Below are positions 1 through 5,744 of a stretch of DNA of 12,844 bases, one piece after another. The stretch is taken from NCBI GenBank assembly GCA_043732485.1, contig JAYTHP010000126.1, positions 1-12,844 of the forward strand. The letters run 5' to 3'. Both the position numbers and the translations under genes were made by a program. Each line of letters opens with the position of its first letter. The first letter of the stretch is position 1. The notes under the pieces were generated by a model, which had not been told where the DNA came from, searched no databases, and saw only the letters and a list, made by a program, of their open reading frames with translations. The stretch comes from Oligoflexia bacterium. GTDB taxonomy: Bacteria > Bdellovibrionota > UBA1018.

Positions 1-267
1 CTCTTGCTGGCTGCGCAGCCGACGCGCGGGGTGGATGTCGGGGCCATTGAGTTGATTCATCGCCAACTCTTGCTGAAGCGGGCAGCAGGCATGGGAGTGT
101 TGCTCATTTCCTCAGAGTTAGATGAGATCCTGACGCTCTCGGATCGAATTGTGATTCTTTTCCAAGGACGCATCGTGGCTGAGTTTCAGCGCGGGAAGGT
201 GACGGAAGCGGAGTTGGGGATGTATTTAGGAGGAGGCAAGCGGCTGTGTCCATCAAATCCGTCTTAA
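1..267 (+). CDS. ABC transporter ATP-binding protein, C-terminal fragment (CUT2 / nucleoside-sugar type, NupA/YufO-like); 5' truncated by the window
   Basis: The frame is open from base 1 (LLLAAQPTRGVDVGA...). 'AAQPTRGVDVGA' is the degenerate Walker B/D-loop of the second NBD of CUT2 ATPases and 'LLISSELDEILTLSDRIVILFQGRIV' is the usual switch region. It overlaps the permease start. Confidence 0.93.
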   Translation, partial: LLLAAQPTRGVDVGAIELIHRQLLLKRAAGMGVLLISSELDEILTLSDRIVILFQGRIVAEFQRGKVTEAELGMYLGGGKRLCPSNPS

Positions 268-1316
268 CTTCATTGGGTTCGGTCCTCTTAGGGTTAGCCG
301 TGGGTCTGGGGTTTGCGTTTTTAGCAGGCGAAGATCCTTGGACTGTATTAGACATTTTGTATCAAAGTGCTTTCGGGTCGCGCTATGATTTTGGGATGAC
401 CTTGTTTTATGCCACGCCGCTTTTGTTCACTGGGCTTTCGGTGAGTTTTGCCTTGCAGGCGGGGCTGGTGAACCTGGGTTGTGAGGGGCAATTAGCGATG
501 GGTGCTTTGGCGGCCGCGGCCGTGGGATCGAGTTTTCCTGAGCTGACGGCGCCCTGGGCGATTCCGGTTGCGGTGCTAGCGGCCTTTGCAGCCGGGGCGT
601 TTTGGGGGTTTATCCCGGGGTGGTTGCGAGCAGTGCGGGGCAGTCACGAGGTGATTGTCTGCATCATGATGAATTTTATCGCCGCTGGGCTTGCCAGCTG
701 GCTGACGATTTATTTTTTTCGCAATCCTGAGAATCAAAACCCGGAAACGAGGGCGATTGCCCCGCAGTATTTATTGCCTAATTTCTCCTTCTTTGAGGGT
801 GCGCCGGTGGGTGAGGCGCTGGTGTTAGCGCTGTTGCTGACTGTGATCGTAGCCGCTTTTTTTCGCTTCACGGTGGAGGGGTTTAAGCTCAAGGCGGTGG
901 GACAAAATGAGCGTGCGGCGCGGGCAGCGGGCATTCCCATTCGTAGGCTGCGGATCCTAGCGATGACGGTGGCAGGCGGCTTGGCGGGTTTGGTGGGGGT
1001 GGCAGAGGTGTTAGGGAATGTGGGAGTTTTTCGATTAGGTTTTTCTCCCGGTTTTGGCTTCATGGGAGTGGCGGTGGCACTGTTAGGTCGTAATCATCCG
1101 TTGGGGTTGGTGGCAGCGGCGCTCTTGTTTGGTGCTTTGGTGAAGGGGGCGGGTGATTTAGATTTAGAGACGGAGAATCTGACCAAGGATTTAGCGTTAA
1201 TCCTGCAAGCAATGGTGATTTTGGCGGTCTCAGCTGAGCCGCTGTGGACGAAACTGCTGGATTCTTTGGCCGTTTGGGGACGAAACTGGAGCAGGGCTCG
1301 CAAGGATGTGCTCTAA
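246..1316 (+). CDS. ABC transporter permease (BPD_transp_2 family, NupB/YufP-like)
   Basis: 356 aa, multi-TM. Motifs 'TLFYATPLLFTGLSV..A..AGLVNLGCEGQ', 'GSHEVIVCIMMNFIA', 'GFKLKAVGQNERAARAAGI' and 'GFGFMGVAVALLGRNHPLG'. GTG start preceded by AGGAGGAGG. Confidence 0.93.
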   Translation: MSIKSVLTSLGSVLLGLAVGLGFAFLAGEDPWTVLDILYQSAFGSRYDFGMTLFYATPLLFTGLSVSFALQAGLVNLGCEGQLAMGALAAAAVGSSFPELTAPWAIPVAVLAAFAAGAFWGFIPGWLRAVRGSHEVIVCIMMNFIAAGLASWLTIYFFRNPENQNPETRAIAPQYLLPNFSFFEGAPVGEALVLALLLTVIVAAFFRFTVEGFKLKAVGQNERAARAAGIPIRRLRILAMTVAGGLAGLVGVAEVLGNVGVFRLGFSPGFGFMGVAVALLGRNHPLGLVAAALLFGALVKGAGDLDLETENLTKDLALILQAMVILAVSAEPLWTKLLDSLAVWGRNWSRARKDVL

Positions 1317-1419
1317 AAAAGATTAGCGTCTCAAAGACGCGCTCTAGGGGGTGCACTAGGCAGTGTGCTAGACGGATGGTTGGACGAACGACCGACCGGC
1401 CGAAGCGATGGAGGGGGAA

Positions 1420-1533
1420 ATGGCCTCTTTTTTGGGGAGAGTTGGTTTCGCGTTTTTTTTGGGTACGAGATGCTTTCTCGCTCTTGCTTTCTTGCTCTTT
1501 GGGTTGTCTCAGGTGCCGTTTGGCTGCTTTTGA
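1420..1533 (+). CDS. Putative 37-aa hydrophobic small protein (MASFLGRVGFAFFLGTRCFLALAFLLFGLSQVPFGCF)
   Basis: Translated by hand; below the ORF-track cutoff. GGAGG at 1410-1414 lies 5 nt before ATG 1420, and the stop is TGA 1531-1533. It sits in the 300-bp gap between the two permeases. An in-frame ATG also exists at 1408. Confidence 0.35.
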   Translation: MASFLGRVGFAFFLGTRCFLALAFLLFGLSQVPFGCF

Positions 1534-1577
1534 GGTCCAGGTGAGCTAGAGTTGAGGCAAAGTCACTCGGTAGGATT

Positions 1578-1615
1578 ACAGGTAAGACGACAGGTAAGAC
1601 GACAGGTAAGACGAC
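1578..1615 (+). repeat. 12-bp tandem repeat (ACAGGTAAGACG) x3 plus a partial copy
   Basis: Exact copies at 1578-1589, 1590-1601 and 1602-1613, ending immediately before ATG 1617. Confidence 0.95.
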
Positions 1616-1616
1616 T

Positions 1617-2492
1617 ATGATGCAATTTTCCATTCAGTTAATCGAGTCGACGCTGCGGGTGTCGACGCCACTGTTGCTGGCCGCAATGGGCGGATTGCTC
1701 ACTGAGCGCGCCGGAGTGATTAACGTGGCCTTAGAAGGGATGATGCTGGTCGGGGCTTTTGCAGCAGCGGCGGTGACGGGCGCCGTGCATTCGGCGTTTG
1801 TGGGGTTAATCGGCGGGGGGCTTGCCGGGATGCTGTTGAGTGTCGTGCACGCAGTGTTCGCCATTGAGGTGAAGGCCAATCAGATTGTGGTGGGGACGGC
1901 CTTAAATTTACTCGCAGCGGGGATCACCGCTTTTTTGACTAAGGTTTTTTATCAATCCAGCACGTCCACCCCGAGCCTACCGATTGAGTTAAGATTTCAG
2001 GTGTTTCCGACCCTGCTCGCTTGGCTCACCTGGGGGGTGGTGGCTGCAGGCTTGAAGTGGACCCGTTTGGGGTTGTGGTTGCAGTTTGCGGGCGAGCACC
2101 CGGCGGCTTTAAGATCAGCAGGAGTGTCGGTGCGAAAGACTCGCTGGATTGCGGTCTTGCTGAGCGGGTTGCTCGCGGGCTGGGCGGGAGCGGCGCTTTC
2201 CATTTATTTATCCTCAAGCTTCACGCGTAATATGACGGCTGGCCAGGGCTTTATGGCGCTTGCCGCCCTGATTTTTGGTAAGTGGCAGCCGGTGGGAACG
2301 GCTGGGGCTTGTTTGTTGTTTGGGCTTTGTGATGCCTTGCAAATGAGAGTGCAAGGGGTAATGCTCTGGGGGGATTTTGCGGTCCCGGTGCAATTAATCC
2401 AGATTCTCCCTTACGTGCTGACGATTGTCATCTTAGCGGGTTGGGTGGGCAAGGCCAAAGCGCCGCGCGCTTTGGGAATTGCCCACTTGTGA
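1617..2492 (+). CDS. ABC transporter permease (BPD_transp_2 family, NupC/YufQ-like)
   Basis: 291 aa, multi-TM. Motifs 'STPLLLAAMGGLLTERAGVINVALEGMML', 'ANQIVVGTALN', 'GEHPAALRSAGVSV', 'NMTAGQGFMALAALIFGKWQP' and 'LPYVLTIVILAG...APRALG'. Confidence 0.94.
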   Translation: MMQFSIQLIESTLRVSTPLLLAAMGGLLTERAGVINVALEGMMLVGAFAAAAVTGAVHSAFVGLIGGGLAGMLLSVVHAVFAIEVKANQIVVGTALNLLAAGITAFLTKVFYQSSTSTPSLPIELRFQVFPTLLAWLTWGVVAAGLKWTRLGLWLQFAGEHPAALRSAGVSVRKTRWIAVLLSGLLAGWAGAALSIYLSSSFTRNMTAGQGFMALAALIFGKWQPVGTAGACLLFGLCDALQMRVQGVMLWGDFAVPVQLIQILPYVLTIVILAGWVGKAKAPRALGIAHL

Positions 2493-2723
2493 CGCCCAAG
2501 GCGGCTTGAAGAAGCCTGAAGAAGCGGTGGCTGGTTTGGCAGGGTGCTTGAGCTCATCACGGACGGGGTATCGCAAATCAGTTGACGGCAGCCCCAAATA
2601 AGGACTTTGTGAAATTCCGTCGAAGGCCTCAGGCGTGAGTGAAAGATCCAGGCAAAAAGCCAGTCCGGCAAAACAGGGCCGGGACGCTGGGGCGAGAACA
2701 TCGGCGAGAAAAGCGGGGATGAA

Positions 2724-3737
2724 ATGAACGAGAAAATTGAGCTGGGTGGTGGTGGGGCTGGAGATCAAGCAAAAATAGGACTGCGCTTGCGGATTGCGCT
2801 TTTAAGCTTGCTGATCCTCGTTTCAGGGTGCAGCCGGTTTGGGCTGCCGCAGTCCTTGAGCGGGACTGACGGCGCACAAAAATTACTGTCACCTGTTTGG
2901 AGAGCGTGGCAGTCAGGTGTTGCTCAGCTTGTGGCCTTTCTGGGCGTGCGAGGAGAGGCGCCGTCTCAGCAGCAGGCGTCTCAAGGCACTGCTGTCGTCG
3001 CTCAATCAGCAAGTAGCAGTAGCCAAGCGGTTCGCATGAACGCCGAGTACTTGCAAGAAATTTACTCCGTGGTCTGGATGCATCCGCCGCAAGACGCGCA
3101 AGAGTTTAGCGGTTGGGTGAACACCTTAAATCAGGGCGCTTCGTTAGAAGGGGTTTACCACGGGATGATCCAATCGAAAGCCTACCACCAGCTGGAACTT
3201 GAGGCTGCGGGAGCGCCCGTGCTGGCGTTAAAGGTCTTTGGTCAAGAGCTTGCAGCGCTTGAAAGGCAGTTGCCAGAGCCTAGCTTGTTTAGTCACTGGC
3301 CTGAAGTCTCAGCAGGGGTCAGCGACGAGCAGTGGCGTAAGGGGGATTTTCAGGATCAAGGCACGAGCGACCATGGGGGTCAAGGGCTGCGAGGTGAAGG
3401 GGTGAGTGACGACGGGGAGCTGACGGCACGGTGGGCGGATTTTTACTCCAGGAACTTTGTCGGGATCTCGATTTACGGCCTTAAGCGGATCTTGGGAGAA
3501 GAAGCGCTTAAGGTGATGGCACACCATAACCCTTACCGCGAAAAACTAGCCACCTGGTACAGCGTCTGGGCCGTGGGATTGGCCACAAGGCAGGTGGATT
3601 TTGGTCTGCCGGCCCGTCGCTCGACGGAGCTAAGTTTTCACTATCATTTTGCCCTTGTTTCATCCTTGGATCGCTTGCAGTGGGAAGTGCTGAATCGGTT
3701 GCACCGCTTGCTCAATGACGCGGCCAAACCGCGCTAA
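2724..3737 (+). CDS. Hypothetical protein, probable lipoprotein with a DUF4214-like helical motif
   Basis: 337-aa ORF co-oriented with its neighbours. Basic residues and a hydrophobic stretch end in the lipobox V-S-G-C (Cys36, 2829-2831). Residues ~106-154 (NAEYLQEIYSVVWMHPPQD..EFSGWVNTLNQGASLEGVYHGMIQSKAY) resemble the DUF4214 pattern by eye. Confidence 0.75.
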   Translation: MNEKIELGGGGAGDQAKIGLRLRIALLSLLILVSGCSRFGLPQSLSGTDGAQKLLSPVWRAWQSGVAQLVAFLGVRGEAPSQQQASQGTAVVAQSASSSSQAVRMNAEYLQEIYSVVWMHPPQDAQEFSGWVNTLNQGASLEGVYHGMIQSKAYHQLELEAAGAPVLALKVFGQELAALERQLPEPSLFSHWPEVSAGVSDEQWRKGDFQDQGTSDHGGQGLRGEGVSDDGELTARWADFYSRNFVGISIYGLKRILGEEALKVMAHHNPYREKLATWYSVWAVGLATRQVDFGLPARRSTELSFHYHFALVSSLDRLQWEVLNRLHRLLNDAAKPR

Positions 3738-3792
3738 GCTTGACGGTGAGGGTTTGGCGAGGGTGGGGTTTTCAGTTGACGAGAGGTTGACG

Positions 3793-4857
3793 ATGAAATT
3801 GACGAAATATACCTGCCGGGTGGAGCCCGCGCAAGATGGCAAACGACTGGATCAGGTTCTGGTGGAGTTGTTGCCACCGCTCATGAAAAAGAACCTCTCA
3901 AAAGGGGAGATCCGGAAATGGATCATGGCGGGGGCGGTTTATTTGAATCGCAGCCGGGTGAAGATTGCTGCCAAAACCATGGTGCAAGGCGCTCAGCTTG
4001 AAGTCTTTGTGGCAAGGGTGCAGGGAAAAAAGACGTGGGAGGAGTTTCAGTTGCAGGCGCATCAGATTCTTTTTGAAGATGACGACTTGCTGGTGATTGA
4101 TAAGCCTACGGGTCTCCCCACGCAGCCGACACTCGATGAGGCTCGCTGGAACTTATATCAAGCGGTTAAGGAGTTTTTAAGGCAACGAGCAGGCGTTGCG
4201 CTCTCACAGATTTACCTCGGGTTACATCATCGTCTCGACGTCGACACTTCAGGGGTGATTTTGTTCACCAAGACCACGCGGGTTAACCGCGCGGTGGGTG
4301 AGCTCTTTGCCCAGCACAACATCGAGAAGACTTACCACTGTTTAGTGGTGGCCCCGCTTGGCGGGATCGCGCAGAAGCAGCCTTGGCAGGTGCGTAATTT
4401 TTTGGGAAAAGTGCAGTTGCCAGGCGGGCAGGCGGGCACTAAGCGTGGTGTCAGTTCCACTCAGGCGAACCGCTTTGGGGCGGTGCGCTCAGGCGGTCTG
4501 CTGGCTGTCACCGACTTTAGACTCCTAGGGCAAAGCACGCCGCCCTTGCTGTTGCCGCCGCACCAGAGCAGCGGTACCGGGAGGCAGTTTGCCTGGATTG
4601 AAGCGAAGCCTCAAACCGGTCGCACGCATCAGATTCGAGTGCACTTGTCAGAAAGCGGTCTGCCGATTGTCGGTGATCTGAAGTACGGAGCGCCGCCACT
4701 GATTTTCGGTCGGCAGGCCTCGCCCCGCGTGATGCTGCATGCCAGGCGCTTGTCTTGGGTGCATCCCGTGTCGGCAGCACCAATGACCGTGGAAAGTCCT
4801 TGGCCTGAAGACTTTCAGCAGTTTGCGCAGCAAGTCGGCGTGACACTTACAACTTGA
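3793..4857 (+). CDS. RluA-family pseudouridine synthase with N-terminal S4 domain (RluC/RluD-like)
   Basis: S4-like 'GKRLDQVL...LSKGEIRKWIMAGAVYLN', then 'ILFEDDDLLVIDKPTGL', catalytic 'HRLDVDTSG', 'TGRTHQIRVHL', 'PIVGDLKYG' and 'MLHARRL'. Start moved from 3715 to ATG 3793, which has GAGAGG at 3781-3786 and avoids overlap with the upstream gene (354 aa). Confidence 0.95.
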   Translation: MKLTKYTCRVEPAQDGKRLDQVLVELLPPLMKKNLSKGEIRKWIMAGAVYLNRSRVKIAAKTMVQGAQLEVFVARVQGKKTWEEFQLQAHQILFEDDDLLVIDKPTGLPTQPTLDEARWNLYQAVKEFLRQRAGVALSQIYLGLHHRLDVDTSGVILFTKTTRVNRAVGELFAQHNIEKTYHCLVVAPLGGIAQKQPWQVRNFLGKVQLPGGQAGTKRGVSSTQANRFGAVRSGGLLAVTDFRLLGQSTPPLLLPPHQSSGTGRQFAWIEAKPQTGRTHQIRVHLSESGLPIVGDLKYGAPPLIFGRQASPRVMLHARRLSWVHPVSAAPMTVESPWPEDFQQFAQQVGVTLTT

Positions 4858-4867
4858 AAGTTTCGAT

Positions 4868-4907
4868 TGCGGCATTTTGCATCACTCGAGTGATGCAAAA
4901 TGCCGCA
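4868..4907. promoter_or_regulatory. Perfect 40-bp palindrome; probable tandem binding sites (UAS) for a sigma54 enhancer-binding protein; may double as a 3' hairpin of the pseudouridine synthase mRNA
   Basis: TGCGGCATTTTGCATCACTC|GAGTGATGCAAAATGCCGCA. Each arm contains a 17-bp dyad TG-N2-GCA-N3-TGC-N2-CA (4868-4884, 4891-4907). It lies about 100-140 bp upstream of the start site predicted from the sigma54 promoter. Confidence 0.7.
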
Positions 4908-4949
4908 TTTTGGGTGCAGTCTCCTGGTGTGGGTTTTTGCAATTCGTTG

Positions 4950-4974
4950 AGAATATTTGATTTTTTTTATTTTA
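4950..4974 (-). promoter_or_regulatory. IHF-like site / AT-rich bending tract between the UAS and the sigma54 promoter
   Basis: The minus strand reads an A-tract followed by AATCAA-ATAT-TCT, against the consensus WATCAA-N4-TTR (core matches, last two bases do not). The position is the usual one for IHF at sigma54 promoters. Confidence 0.45.
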
Positions 4975-4978
4975 GCTC

Positions 4979-4995
4979 TTGGCATTAAAGTTGCT
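4979..4995 (+). promoter_or_regulatory. sigma54 (RpoN) -24/-12 promoter
   Basis: TTGGCATTAAAGTTGCT: GG(4981-4982)-N10-GC(4993-4994), with TGGCA and TTGCT matching the TGGCAC-N5-TTGCW consensus. It is intergenic, about 100 nt before a start codon with a strong RBS. Confidence 0.85.
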
Positions 4996-5093
4996 GTAAT
5001 GTCATAGTGATAGCAAGGGGCATTCATCCCAATGAATATGGGATGTTTATCTTAGAAGATTAATTTTGAGATTTCATTTTTGAGGAGAATCGC

Positions 5094-5405
5094 ATGAAGA
5101 AAGCTTTATTCGCTTTATTAGCTGTTTTTGTTAGTGTTGCAATGGTTTCACCGTCTTTCGCAGCAGAGGACGAAGCGCCTGCCAAGGCTCCCCATCATCA
5201 TGGTGGTAAGCACAAGGCTCCTAAGCACAAAAAGGGTGGCAAGAAGAAGCCAGCTCCTGCTTCGGAAGAAGCATCAGCAGCAGCACCAGAAGCTGACAAG
5301 CCAATGGCTGACAAAGCTATGCCAATGTCGGAAGCCGGCAAAGCTATGCCAGAAGCTGGCAAAGCCATGCCAGAAGCCGGCAAGGCTATGGAAGCTGCTC
5401 ACTAA
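5094..5405 (+). CDS. Small exported low-complexity His/Lys/Met/Ala/Pro-rich protein (compositionally Asr-like / SilE-PcoE-like)
   Basis: RBS GAGGAG 5082-5087. Classic Sec signal peptide MKKALFALLAVFVSVAMVSPSFA|A. The mature ~80 aa use only A, D, E, G, H, K, M, P and S. Repeat copies differ at synonymous sites, supporting this reading frame. Confidence 0.9.
   Translation: MKKALFALLAVFVSVAMVSPSFAAEDEAPAKAPHHHGGKHKAPKHKKGGKKKPAPASEEASAAAPEADKPMADKAMPMSEAGKAMPEAGKAMPEAGKAMEAAH
5331..5390 (+). repeat. 21-bp coding tandem repeat x3 encoding EAGKAMP
   Basis: gaagccggcaaagctatgcca / gaagctggcaaagccatgcca / gaagccggcaaggctatg; differences fall only at third codon positions. Confidence 0.92.
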
Positions 5406-5564
5406 GTTAGGAGCAGTCTCAGAGTGTTTTACTCGTTTTCAAGGCTTTGCAAGAATCGGGTCACTTGTCTGAGGGGCTTGCCCTGGGGTTTACAAAAAAT
5501 ACCCAGAGCTTTGCGGACCAGAGGATGTGAGAGAGGGTTGTAAGAGTCGCTGAGAATAAGAATC

Positions 5565-5602
5565 AGAAGTCGGGGCCTGAAGAAGGTCTCGACTTTTTTT
5601 TT
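5565..5602 (+). terminator. Rho-independent terminator
   Basis: Stem AAGTCGGGGCCT / AGGTCTCGACTT (two G-U pairs), loop GAAGA, and a T9 run at 5594-5602. Confidence 0.85.
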
Positions 5603-5706
5603 GCCATAATCGTTGTGGGGGCGTTCGGGCTTTTTCCCTACTTTTAGCCTCGCAGCCAAACGTGGCCCTTGTCGCGCGTGGGTTAAAAAAAGCGGGGGCT
5701 ATTTGC

Positions 5707-5735
5707 TTGCAGTCGCTGGGAAAATCTCTTAGCAT
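5707..5735 (+). promoter_or_regulatory. Putative sigma70-type promoter of the two-component operon
   Basis: TTGCAG (5707-5712), 17-nt spacer, TAGCAT (5730-5735); downstream of the terminator and 9 nt before ATG 5745. Confidence 0.45.
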
Positions 5736-5744
5736 CAAAGGCCT

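Noticed and set aside
1578..1615. Tandem repeats (also 5331-5390) as a CRISPR array
   Set aside because: The units are contiguous with no spacers and too short, and no cas genes are present.
1244..1633. ORF-track 101-aa (+) and 100-aa (-) ORFs in the permease gap
   Set aside because: They overlap real genes, lack an RBS or recognisable motifs, and the minus one merely translates the 12-bp repeat (VVLP)n.
2536..2551. sigma54-like TTGGCAGGGTGCTTGA upstream of the lipoprotein gene
   Set aside because: The -12 element is GA rather than GC, and I saw no matching enhancer dyad upstream.
3715..3792. ORF-track N-terminal extension of the pseudouridine synthase
   Set aside because: It overlaps the upstream gene, while ATG 3793 has an RBS and immediately precedes the S4 domain.
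5128..5472. 114-aa alternative-frame ORF and the 5198-5383 antisense ORF over the small secreted protein
   Set aside because: Shadow frames: the RBS, signal peptide and synonymous-site variation all support 5094-5405.
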